64,000 bases of DNA from Gnetum montanum (GCA_015680685.1 MNCI01000415.1:176799-240798), one strand, 5' to 3'. Counted from the first letter of the stretch, positions 50,406-63,280 are shown. Program-made: numbers and translations. The notes: generated from the sequence alone by a model not told the origin.

Positions 50406-51176
50406 TATACACTTTTGATCCTTCCACTCTATGAACTTGTAACCTTGTAGCCATCTATGCTCATAACCAGTTGGCCTAGATTTTATTTTGCTTATGATAT
50501 TTTATTTAATTTATTTTAGTCTTTCTTTTGTAAGTTTACTTTTTTTTTTTGCATTTTTATTAAATAATTTTTTCTTTTCTAAGAATAATATAAATTGCAA
50601 AAATATCATAAAAGTTATAAAACTAGAAAATGCATAAAATTTCTAAAACATAAAATAAACAAATGTATTATTCCTTATAACCTGGGCCCATCATGGCCTA
50701 AAACTAGCAACATTGTAGGGCTTGCCATGGCCTAAAACTAGCAAAACCCTTTTACTATTGCATAACATACAACTTGCCATGGCCTTAAAGTGGTAGCAAT
50801 GCATGGCCCACCATGGCCTTAAACTGGTAAACCAATTAAAATGATGTGTACTTGCCATGGCCTAAATCTAACAAGCATCCTTTTATCTTATTCCTATTTT
50901 AACCTAAAGCCACATCACCAGATTTTTCAACGTAGCCATAGATAATCATAACATGAAACTTTAAGGCCATGATAAAACCATAACACTCAAATAATATATA
51001 GCCAAAAATGAAATCAAAACTTAAAATTCAAAATGTTCATAACATACATAACCATAGCCACACTATGTAGCAAAGTGTCCAAATAATAATAAAAAATAAC
51101 CATAAAAACATTCACAACAAATTCTTGGCTAATAATAGCCATCAACATCAACAATAAAAGCAAACATCATGGGCAA

Positions 51177-54100
51177 CTAGAGAATTCCAAGGGGCATCTA
51201 AAGGAGGAAGTGGTGAGCCATCCCCACCCTCCCCGTTGGAGCCACTAATGTCTCCTAGTACCTGAAACATAACACCATAAAAGCCAATTAGTAACCAATA
51301 AAAAACCTATAACTTAAGAAATTTTTTAAAAATATAAGTATATCAAACCTATGGGGAATCTAGCTCAACCAACTCTAGGGGTAGATGTTGAAGACCAGTC
51401 TCCAAATGATGGAGGATCTAATCTTCTATCATGTTAGCCTAGTCAACGTCCCAAAAATTAATACCTGTGAGGATGTTTGTTGGATCTACTCCAATCCAAT
51501 CAATTGGGTCTCATGATACTGTAGCCATAGAAGTCTCATTTGTAGCCATGGTGACCAAAGGAGTAGGAGATTTAGCCATTGTGAGAAAGCTTTCAAAGAG
51601 CTAGTAAGCACTCTTGATTTGAATCCCCTAGATGAATGGCTCTCTCTTGCATTATTTAGTCATATCCTCCTTATGCCACTTAAGGTATGTCTCTCAATCA
51701 GCCTTGTATTTTCTCTTATGATCCTTTTGTGTTTGGACCCACTTTAGCACCCAAGCACAGTAGTCCTTCCAATCATTGGCTTTTCAAAAGATGAGATCCA
51801 TCTACATCCACTACTATGCTATCTCCTTGGAAAGTGTCACCTTATCATGGATGACATTCCAATAGTGGGCCCACATGATCTCTTTGGTTTTCAGGCTCTA
51901 ACTTAGCCACTCAAACTTTCACAAAGGCCTTGAGATCCCAGAGATTCCTGATCATCTCAGCTTGCTATTGGGTCTCCTCCATCAAGGACATAACTTGCTT
52001 CAATAGGAATTCGTTGGACCTTTGGAATTCCCATGAATTTTTTGCATACAAAATTGCAAGGTTAGTGGCAATTTCATACAACTTTAGGGGTACATTCTAA
52101 ACATCAAAGGGAAGCTTTGGAAAGGAGTTGAACTCCATGTCTTGGCTAGGATCCCACACTATTGATGATACTATAAACAACACATAATCATAAATATAAC
52201 CATATGCATAATTTACAACCTAAGATAGCCAATACAATATGGCAAAATGACAAAGACAAATAAAACATAGGTCATACCAATCTCAGGTGCAACCTATTGC
52301 AGCTGACTGATGAAGTCCATGGCTACTTCGAACATGAAATCTATTTTTTCTATGATCTCTACCCATGGTTTAACATGAAACTTAGGTATAGAGGCCTCTG
52401 ACTATGGCCCAGGAACTATAATAAGCATAACAATCATCAAATGGTTAGAACAAAAACCAAACTTAAAACCATGGGCTATAATGAGTAGCATTAAGATGTG
52501 TGGATACCTGGCTCCTCTTCCTTCTTAGGGATGACGATGGGGGATGCACTTGGCAATGGCTCACCAAATAAGGCATCTAGGTCATCTAGATCAATGTTGG
52601 CTAATCCTTCAGGCTCATGCTACTGCAAGAGTACCTCATATGAAAACCTTTGTTCTTGGTTGCTATGGCAGCAACATGCCTTTGTGCCTCCTCTATTATA
52701 GTAGCTGCACACATTTGCTTTTCCTTTGAAGTAGTAGTTATGGCTACCATGTCTTAATTCTTATCTACAAATCTTACACATAAAATGGGGTAGCACATGA
52801 AATAATAAGATAGCCATAAGACATAACTCATGGAATAGCCAAAACATATTTAAGACATTGGTGACTACTTGATTTGACTTGTTAAGCTTTAACTTGAGCT
52901 TCTTCATGAAGGGTTGCTCTATCATTGATGATGCTTCCTCTACGAGCTATTTGAATTTTGCCCTGGCTACCTTGTCAACCTTGGAGTGCAACTCTCAGAT
53001 CCTCTTGATGTTAGCTAGCACTGTGGAAGGCTCTTCCCCCATGTTGTTAGTGGAAGCACACTAACTATCACTAACTCCCTTAGTGGTCATAGACAATGAT
53101 TACCCTGCATCCTTTGGTGGATTCTAGGCCTACATGGTAGGATAAATATGCTTTATCCAAGGCCTAGAGAGTTGGTTGAGGTCTTGGACCACAAAATACC
53201 CATTTCTCATTACCACTAGGAACTCCATGAACCTCTTCAAATAAGCTACAAAAAATGCATAACACATGTGGATGATCATAGAGGTATCTTTGCAAAGTTT
53301 GAGGATATCCTCCCAAAGCCACATAGCCAAAGAAGTAGCCTAGTTGAACCTGGTGCCCTTTGTTACAACCTTCTTAAAGGTCCATCCCTGTGTGATGCCA
53401 GTCACCTTATTTTATTATAACAATTTACTATTTAGGAGCCAAGTTAATAAGGGATAAGATTCCCTTATTTTAATGTTCATAAAATCATCCAAGGCAAGGC
53501 TAAAGTGGCCATGAATAGCACTTAACCACATCTTAACTTCCTCATGATGGCCTACTTCTTTCACTAGTCTAGTGGCAACTTTCATCCTATCAACAGGAAT
53601 ACTAAACAAGTCACAAAAGGTAGCCTCATTGAGAGGTATGATGACTGGCACACCTCAAACTGTAGTGCTAAAATATATTTCTTCTACATTTAAGGAGTTG
53701 ATGAAATTCAACAACTTCGCAATATGGATAGAAGGGATAGGTGCCATGAAAACATCAAGCAAACCTACATGATCAATGTTTACTTGGATGTTTCTACGTG
53801 TCTATTCCCTCAACCATTTCTGTGCTAGCCATACCTTACCAAATTTTAGGATGAGGGTATCTTGAGGATGTCCTGAAATGGATAAGGTATTATTAGGAGA
53901 GGTGGAAGGTCCTACAAGGTTACAAAAAATGCTTATCATTAGCAAAGGCACATCTAGCAAAATCAAGATATAACTAAAAAAACTAAAATCATAAGTTAAG
54001 GCCATAAAACACTTAAGACCTAGGTATCCATAACAACATTAGACATAACGTGAAAAACTACCCTTGTTCTTATGTTTTTTCTTTTTATTCAATGAGGATT

Positions 54101-56170
54101 GTTTGGAGGTCCCAATGGTAATGACCTTCTCCCAAATGTGTGTGGGGTCCACCTACCAACTGTGTCCTATCTTTGTGACTACACACTTCTTGTAGATGGG
54201 GTTAAAAACATCAATGTATTTATCAAAGTCACTTCTTAACTGATCATACATAATAGTCCTAAGTTTAGGGCCTTTGGTAAATAAATTTAATGTAATTTGA
54301 GCCACCACCAAGGTCTAATCATTCCTAATGAAACCTTGGTCATTAATTATATACCTGCAAGATGTGCATAGAAACTGACAAGTTAGAGAAAGGTAAGTAA
54401 TCCAAAAACAATAATAACTAATAACAACAATACTTATCATTATAGATGGTACATTATACTAGGGGGATTTTGGAAAAATGTGTGGACTCTATGTGCCACC
54501 ATCATAGTATTATCAGCATTATACTAAAAACACTTTGGCATGCTCCATATCTTAGACAAGTAGTGTGTACCAATGGTGTTCCTAGTGTCCATTGCCTCCC
54601 TTGCTACCTGGGTTTCTAAATCATTAGTTATGAACATGATGATAAGTTAGATACTCAAGGCATTAGGATCTCTACTACGACATCGATTGTATCAACGACT
54701 AAGTGTGACTACAACATCACATTGAAGTTTTGTAGGATGTAGGCAAGGAATTCCCTTGCCCCTGATCAAAATAATAGTGAGCCTTGCTTAAGAACCAAAT
54801 TAAGGAGGGGGTTGTTAGCATTGGGATTGTTGATGTAGCATAGAAGCCCCACCAACTCTACCACTATTATGATGGGTTTTAGAAGAGCCCTACATGGAAA
54901 ATAATACATATCATTAAGACCATGTTTTAGCACTTATAATTTCTTGAAAAATTTTACCAAGCATCCTAGTTAGGGGTGAAATTAGACCCTGTAAAGAACT
55001 CTAAGATGTTGGATGAAGTTCATTTGGAAATTAAAAAAAATAGTGTTATAAACTTTATAGCCCTTAGAAATTATAGCCAAAAAATTATAACATGTACAAC
55101 ACCACAACCAAACTATTCCTTAGTTTGAAAAAATTATTTACACAAAAATACCTTAAAACTAGAAAATGGCCATAGGAAAGTCACCACTAAAAATAGAAAA
55201 TAACATTTAATAGCCAAAAAACCAAGTTTAGAGCATTGCTAACATCCTTAGGCATCCCTAGGGATATGGGATGTTGGCAAGAAAAATCATTAAGTGTTCC
55301 AACGATCCACATCTCCTAGGGGTAAAATTGATACAATCGAAACAAAGCCCTAATTCAGATAGCCTTAGCAAAAAAAATCATTAAAAAATCATTTTAACTC
55401 TAATTTCAATGATTTTTCCATTGTTGGAATATTGAAATCATGAAATTATAGTAATAATAAGAACAACTAAAAATTTACAGTCATTGTAACACAAAACATG
55501 GACAAATTGACATGAATGTAGCTATCACCAAAAAGCCCTTTTCATACGACTTTCATAGAAAATTTACCAAAAATTCATTTTAGCTCTAAATAGAGTGATT
55601 CTATCACCATTTTAAAGCTTACATAAAAATTTATGCATTCATAATAATAACAAATGCAAAACCCATACTTTTTATTCAAAAAAAATCTATAAACTTCTAT
55701 GAAAAACTAAAAATAGCACAAAACATAGCCATATAGTCTAGCAAAAATGTTCATAACTTCTTCATTACAACTTCAAAATAAGAAAAGCCATAGAAAATAG
55801 AAACCTTGAGCATAGTCCTAAAAACCTAAAACATCAAATTTTTACAACTTATGGATGTTTTCTTAACAAAAAATCCCCAACTATGCATGCTTTTTTGACT
55901 TAAATGGTAAAAAAGACATAAAAAACTAAGAAGACCTAATTTGAAAACCTTATGAAACAAAACATAAATGACCAAAAAACCAAAAAAACCCATAAATACC
56001 ATCAAAATAGGGGGTAGAAGTTTTTTGAAATTAAATTTCATTGATCATAATGGCCTAGATCTAGAAAAATGCCAGAAAACAAGAAAAAAATTAGCTAACA
56101 ATGGCCTACCTTGGAGTTGTAGCAGATGAGCCTTGAATCACAATAGGCTTGGTCAAATAGAAGATACCAT
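51177..56170 (-). pseudogene. Spliced gene antisense to copy C (8 exons, ~3.17 kb coding): FCP1/HAD-like + Transposase_32-like + coiled coil
   Basis: Exons 56170-56110, 54889-54438, 54354-54062, 53911-52850, 52764-52508, 52415-52278, 52170-51349 and 51261-51177. All 7 acceptors are YAG, 5 donors are intact GT and 2 are decayed to AT. Exon 1 is the least certain. Confidence 0.82.
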
Positions 56171-56599
56171 GGATTGATATGTTTTCCTTCTCAATGATTG
56201 GGTTTAGGGTTTAAAATCTAGTGGATTAAGCTTCAATGTTGTCTTAGAGAGAGATCTGAAGTAACCATGCTAAAGGATGAAAAGTTTTGGGAGAAAAATA
56301 TTTTCTAGAGGTCAAATAAAATGTACTGTAGGAGAGAATGATAGTTTGTGATTGAACTTTGGTGGAATTGAACATAAAAAATAGATCTCACCTAGGCACC
56401 TTCTTGCATGCCCCCATTGCCAATTCCAAGCACTAAAACTCATGATGTACTAGAAGTGCAAAGGAGGGGGGTGTGGGGTGGAAGGGAAATATAGCTAATC
56501 TTGGGAATGATGGAAGTTGGCATCAATTTTTAAATTTTTGAATCTTTGGATGGGACCCACTAGGCACCTCCCATGCATGGTGTGTTCCAAGTTTGGAAA

Positions 56600-59400
56600 C
56601 CTTCCAACACTGAGGTTTTGATCTCTTGGAATACATAAAACCATTTAGCAAATTTTTCCCCTATATACCCACACTAGGTAGTGTGGATCTAGTGTGGTTC
56701 CTAGTCCCCTTTAACCTATTATGCTTCAACACTACCCCTTGCCATTTTTAATAGTTGTAATTGATCCTACCAAATCCTAGACCCTAGCAAGGGGTTAAAT
56801 CCTAATAAATCTTGTCATCTTGGGCAACAATGTTGAAGCAATGCTACCCAGCATGGTTTTAGCATTGCCTAGGGGGGTAAAACCTTCATGCCTATCTTTG
56901 GGTGCTTACAAATCCTTGATTTGACCTTGAGGTGGGCCCACATGGCCTTCAACCCCTCTAGTCACCCCCAGTAGCTCCAAAACCTTTCCAAACCCACTTG
57001 AAAGTGCCCAAAACTTGTAGATCTAGTGGAGCCATGCTAAGGGGGGGCCTCATCCATATTTCTTAGCATGGGTCCAGCACAAACTGATGAGGTGTGACCT
57101 TAAACTACTAAAATCGACCACTTTCTTGACTTATTTTGACCTTGATGACCTTCCCAATCTCTAGTGCTTAAAATTTGGCATAAAATAAGTTTATTTTACA
57201 TCATTTCCATTTCCCACACTAGGAGAACCCTCAATCCACATTGGCCAACATGGGTCTAGCATGGGTACCCTTGGGGTGGACTATGAAAGCCTTCCCACAA
57301 CCCAAAATTACCATGAAATTCACTCCCATGGCCCAAACACGACCCCATAGTCTTCGGTAGTCAACAGTAACTAAGATTTGAGTTATTTTTTACACATGAG
57401 GCCTTAGGCATGATAGGGAACCCCTCACCCATGCTTTCCAATGTGGGTCTAGCATGGGTACCTTGAGGGTATGTCATAAATTCTATTTATAGAAGAAAAT
57501 ATCCTTGTAACTTGCCTTGTCGACATCTAAACCCTACTAGAGCCTTCTAAAACCTTTACATCTACAAAATCAATCAAAAATGGTAAAAATATATAATGTG
57601 CCTTCCATCCATGCTAAGGCCATGCTACCCATTATGGCTTAGGGAGGGATGACTGCATGAGATACCAAGAAGTCCTTAATATAGTTGATTTTGATACTAT
57701 ATCTTGATGCTCAATCCTTGTAACCCCAAAAACTCCAAAACCCTATCGAATCTCGCAAAAAGAGTTCAAAACTTTGCATATCCATTGGATTCATGTTTGG
57801 GGGATCCTATCCATGTTGGGTAGTTTTGCCCTAGCATGGATGAAGATGGCATGACAAAATAGTTCCAAAATCTGGCTTTAAAACTAACATATTTTGACAT
57901 CCTAGCCCCTTTGGAGTCTCCAAAAATAAAAAATGCGACAAAATAGCCCATTTTCATGTGCATTATTATAGCCATTCTAGGAACCCCCCTCATCCACATT
58001 GGCCAACATGGATACTAAGGGGGTGACCCATGGGAGGTTCACAAATACCTTAAAATGATTCCACATTATCTTACACTCATCCTAGAACCATGTCAACACT
58101 TTCTATAGGCTTTAGACCTGACAAAACCCATCAAAAATAGTAGAAAGTTTATTCCCTTAGACCACCCACATTAGAGCCATGCTAGCTAGTGTGGGCCCAA
58201 CATAGCTCCAAGGGGGTAATCTCCAAAACCTCTTAGAAACCTTTGAAGCTCCTAAATTTTAATCCTAAATCCTAGCCCTTGACACTAGCAACCTTGGGGG
58301 CTGACATGCATAGTAAATTTGCCATCAAACTTGTCTAGATCTAATATCATGATGTATCCATGTTGGAGGAGGCTTGATCCATGTTGGAGAGCATGGCTCT
58401 AGCAAGGGTGAGATACCTTTCCACCTTTTGTAGCAAATTAACATCCTAGAAGCCAAAAACCTACATTGGTAAAGCCTATGATCTCATAGTCCTAAGTGTG
58501 CACTTTTCTAACCTTGTTTTAACTTGAAATCCACTAGGCCCCCTCATCTATGATGGAGCAATGCTACCCAGTGTGGCTCAAGGGGGTATAACTATGCATG
58601 GCCTCAAACAGCCTTCAAACCTAGCTAAACTTGATCAAAAACCTTAGAAATCACTATATTCAACCTTAGAAACCTCAAAACTTGGTTGATTTTCCTCTGG
58701 AGACATTCCAAAACCAAAACATAGCTACGCCCCCCTTGAATGACATTGTCCAACATGACTCCAGTTTAGGTATATCTTCCAACATCGTTTAACATCTAAA
58801 ACTTGCTCCAAACAGTCTCAAACTTGGCTTGGAAGCCCAAAGCTACTAAAACCTAGCCTCAAGTGTAAATTGACCATGTTTGATCCATTTTGGATCTCCC
58901 ATGCTAAAACCCACCTCCATCCACATTGGGGCCATGCTATCTAGTGTGGCTCAAGGGGGTATAACTTCTAGACATGCTTTTTCACTAATTTTAACCTTTC
59001 AAATAGTCGTTCTTCATAGATCTAACCCTACATTACCTTAGGAAGGCCCTAAAACCCCAATTTTTGCCATATTGATTTTAAAAAACCCACTTTCATTAGT
59101 ATCCACACTAGGGCCATGCTAGCTAGAGTGGCTCCAACGTGGGTGGTAGATCCAAGTTTTAGTTGGGGCTTCCAGAGGTTGAAATTAGCACTAGGATTAA
59201 CCTCTTTCCTTTCCTAGTCAAAAAATATCCAAAACAAGTTTGGGAAACTTCCTAGCTTTTCCATCCATGCTAGAGGCCACCCCACCCATGCTGGCTAGTG
59301 TGGATACCCTGAAAACCATGATGTTTTACGCCAAACAACCCTGAAACAACCTCTATTAATGCCCACACTTATGTAGCAACCTTGAAGCCTGATGCCATGG
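56600..59400. repeat. Palindrome array of copy C (~185 bp period, at least 12 units; CCA(C/T)GCTGGCCAGC(G/A)TGG type)
   Basis: Units at about 57236, 57428, 57620, 57811, 57994, 58177, 58379, 58559, 58742, 58932, 59114 and 59287. Confidence 0.88.
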
Positions 59401-59966
59401 GACACTAAGGCCTAAAACTAGTAAAATATAATCCTATTTAATCAATAATAGATAATTTTTACCACATGCATTTGATTTTCATTAATTTGACCTTATTTCA
59501 TGGTGCTTTGACTTGTTTTTGGCCTTTTTTTTTACATTATTGATCTTCATGCCTTTAATTGGCCTCAATCTCCCTATATTCACCTTATTTTATTTATTAT
59601 GACCTTTGTTGATCCTTGTTTAGTTTTTGAATCAATGTTGAATGATGAGGTTTGACCTTCCCTAATCATCATTTGACACCATGTAGCCATGGCCTACTAA
59701 GGCCTAGAATTGACATCATGGCCTACCAAGACCTTAAATTGGCAAGCGTGTAACCTTAGTTGATCTTGTTTTAATTTATTTTTTTCATACTAATTCAACT
59801 TATTTAGATCTTGTTTGACCTTTTTTTGGCCTTCATCCCATTTTATTTATCTATCTCTATCTCTTATAGCCTTGTGTGACTTTGTTTGCACTTTGATTAG
59901 CATTGAAATAGCATGTATTTACATAATTTCATGGCATTTTAGCATTATTTACTCATCTTTATCTAG

Positions 59967-61824
59967 GTAACACTTAATATGCTTAGGATTGACATGCAAG
60001 ACTGCGGTATGAGTACCTAGGAGCATATTAGTTTGCCCTTAAGCCTATGTAGACCTCATGGTGATGTTGAATTGTGTATCAACCCTGATTACTTAGATCT
60101 TGAGCTTGAGAGTCTTGTTGATCGTATAGCCTCAATAGAGAAACCTCTAGAATGTCTTGAAAACCTAGTTAAGACATTTAACCTAGAGGTTGGAAACACT
60201 ACTAAATATTCTATCTTTGAGGTTCTTGCCATGACATATAGTGGTGAGGAGAAGACCCTAAAACTAAGTTCCTTGTTGAAACCTCAACAGGCTCAAGATA
60301 TCACCAAAGTTCTACAAGATAATATTGATGTCTTTGCTTAGTCATATGAAGATATGCTAGGTTTAGATGCATGTTTAGTACAACATAACATCATACTTGA
60401 TCCTAGTAATAGACCAGTTAAGTAAAAAGGTTTGCAAAATTAGAACTGACTTGGCCCTAGCAGTTTGTGATGAAATCACAAAGCCATACCAAGTTGGTTT
60501 CATTAGAGTTGTTAATTACGAGAATGGGTATTCAATATAGTGGCAGCCCCTAAGAAAAATGGGAGTATCTACATTTGAATTTCTTTCTAAGATCTAAATA
60601 AGGTAACTATCAAGGATGACTTTCCTTTACCTAGTATTGATCAACTTATTAATACTATGGCAAGGTATGTCTTATTATCCTTTATGGATGTATTCTTAGG
60701 ATACAATCTAGAACATCAACTTAGCATGACCTTCATGACCCCTTGGGGTACCTTTTGATATATCATGATGCCTTTTGGCCTGAAGAATGTCAGAGCAACC
60801 TACCAAGGAGCTATGACATACATCTTTAGTGATTACATGCTAGGATTGCTCAACGATTACGTAGACGATATAGCCATTAAGTCCAAAGTGGCCAATACGA
60901 TACACACAACCTTGACCTTGTACTTAAAAGATGTCTCAAGTATGAGCTTAGAGTTAATCCCAAAAAGTGTGTATTTGATGTCAAAACTAGTAAGATGCTT
61001 GGCTTTGTGGTATCTAAAGTGGGAATATGTGTTGCTCCTGATAAGGTTAAGGTCATATCCAACTTGGTAGCACCTACTAATATTAAGGAGCTTTAGGGAT
61101 TGCAAGGTAGATTACAATTTATTCATAGGTTTATTGCTAGGATTACAGATAAGTTACAACCCATGCAACAATTTCTTAAGAAAGGAATTCACTATGAGTG
61201 GATAGCTCAATGCCAATAAGCCTTTGAAAACCTTAAGTAAGAGTTAGCACAATTGGCAATAGTCTATCCTCTACAAGAGGATAAACCATTTTACATCTAC
61301 CTTCCTATATTTTACATGTCTATTGTCTCTCTACTCTAACAGAAATGAGATGAAGTAGAGATGCCAGTATATTACTTTAGCCATGCATTAGTTGTCCATG
61401 AGACCTAATACACTAAAGTAAAGAAATATTGTCTAACACTAGTCTTCTCATTGAAGAAGTGGAGACACTACCTATTTAGGAGCCAAGTTAATGTCATTTG
61501 CAAAGATAATGTGCTTAGAGCCATAAAAACCAACATTTATGAAAGTAGCTGTATAGCTAAATGGAAAGCTATAACAGTGGAGTTTGACCTTCATTACATT
61601 TTTCAAGCATCAACAAAATGTCAATCTATAGTTGTACAACTTACTGTTTCACTAGTTGATGACCATAAAACTATTGATCTTGGGTTCCCTAGAGAACATA
61701 TTAACACCATTAGTTGAGTGCCTAAGGCTTATGAGGTAGTCATGCACTTTGATGGAGCTTCAACTACCCATGAAGCTAGTGTCGTTATCATCATGACATT
61801 CCCATTTGGTGAAATCCAACCTTT
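59967..61824 (+). pseudogene. Degenerate pol of copy C: RT, RNase H, start of aRH
   Basis: DVFA(W)SYEDMLGLD, KDDFPLPSIDQL, MPFGLKNVRATYQ, YVDD at 60858-60869, KKWRHYL, MHFDGAS (~61742). Confidence 0.94.
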
Positions 61825-62971
61825 TGACGACCATTTGGGACACGACTGCCAATGAGTGTCCTCGAATAGGATTTAGGTGCTTGCTGGTCTTTGGCAACAC
61901 CAAGACCCAGATACCTCCAAATAGACTCAGTAGTTAATGTGAGTATGTGTGTGTGCTGTTGCAGTGTGCAGTTGTAAAAAATGAAATGATTACGTTGTGT
62001 GTAAACTACAAATGACTTATCTTAAAGAGATTCAGCCAACTTTGCGAAGTACTGTGAGTTGTTGAGAGTTCTTATTTTGTTCAATTGCCTAGTCTATGCA
62101 GTCCTTATAATACCTACTTGTAAAAAATAAATTTTTGCAAAAACATTTGAGCACAACTCTGCGAATTTGCTTCTAATTTTCCCCAAAGAAAGAGATAGTT
62201 CCACAAGAAAACTAGAAATAGAGCAAGATTCAATGGAAATAGACAGAAAAGAAAGTAGATTTGTGTTACAACCTCAAATGTTTAAACAAGGTAAAATGAT
62301 ACGAGTAAACACTTCACAATAAAGCTATCCAAAATTCAATAACTACGAATTGCTCAAACTTCCAAGACTCAAATAAGCAATTTCTTCAAGACAACCCTAC
62401 TATGCTACCCAAAAATTTCTGTGTAAACTATTATGTACGAGACTCCATTTTGGCTAGATAATGGATGTCAACAATTGCATTCAAAAGAACCTTCAAAATA
62501 CTTGACAATTTCTTATTGAAATACCATGGAGATTCACTTTAAAGATAAAAGAAGCTATTCTGGTCCTATCAAAATACCAAAGATTTTCTGAACCCTCTTG
62601 GCTATTGAATTGTTTAATGGCCTGACTACATGCAGAGGCTCTCTTACAACAATCTCAATAGTAGTTCTTATACATTACACAATAATAAAATTCACTACTA
62701 AAACACTCTTATGGCTTTCAAACACAAGCTCTTCTATAGAAAAACTTTAATAGATATTTTCTACCATGCAATAAGAACAATAAGAGCAATCTAAAAATCC
62801 CAAAATTACTTGCCAAACATGATACTATCTAAACCACTAGCTAAAAAATTTAAACAAAATAAAAAATAGACATAACTCACAGGACTATGACAAAGAGGCT
62901 GAAATGTTGTCTTTATCAAGTCATCTTACAAGCAATCTTTCACAATGTCTTCTTTGCAAATCTTCCCAAGA

Positions 62972-63089
62972 CCCAAAGTGTGTCTCCAAGTGAGAGCTAA
63001 TAGTTCCCCCAGAGTGTTTCCAAGTGAGAGCTAGTCCCAGAGTGTTTCCAAGTGAGAGCTAGTCCCAAGTATGTCTCCAAGTGAGAGCT
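62972..63089. repeat. ~27-bp tandem repeat x4 (cccagagtgtttccaagtgagagctagt) in the LTR
   Basis: ccaagtgagagct is repeated four times. Confidence 0.93.
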
Positions 63090-63173
63090 CCTGCCAGAGT
63101 ATTATTTTCTTCTAACCCTTGAAGCATTTTTATAGGTTTCAAAAAGTAGTTAGATTCTAAAATATCTTAGCTA

Positions 63174-63280
63174 ACTTATCTCCCAAGTAAGGAAGTTATA
63201 ACTTGCCCAACAAGTTAGGAGATCTTACTTGCCCAACAAGCTAGAAAGTCTCACTTGCCCAATAGGCTAGGAAGTTGGAA
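63174..63280. repeat. 26-bp tandem repeat x3-4 (acttgcccaacaagctaggaagtctt) in the LTR
   Basis: acttgcccaa at 63201, 63227 and 63253, with a degenerate copy at 63174. Confidence 0.92.

Larger units (their letters stand above)
44490..61824 (+). mobile_element. Tat-lineage element, copy C (most complete: partial 5' LTR, PBS, gag-PR, 9.6-kb spacer, RT-RH-start of aRH), cut by an insertion at 61825
   Basis: Domain order and homology to copies A and B and to the solo LTR. Confidence 0.92.

Noticed and set aside
51177-56170. Multi-exon gene interpreted as a host gene
   Set aside because: It sits at the same position and orientation inside three copies of one retroelement and is decayed like the element.
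56600-59400. Palindromic repeats with variable spacers resembling a CRISPR array (also 36400-37600 and 62972-63089)
   Set aside because: The context is a plant retrotransposon, the period is ~185 bp with degenerate repeats (or simple head-to-tail minisatellites), and there are no cas-like ORFs.
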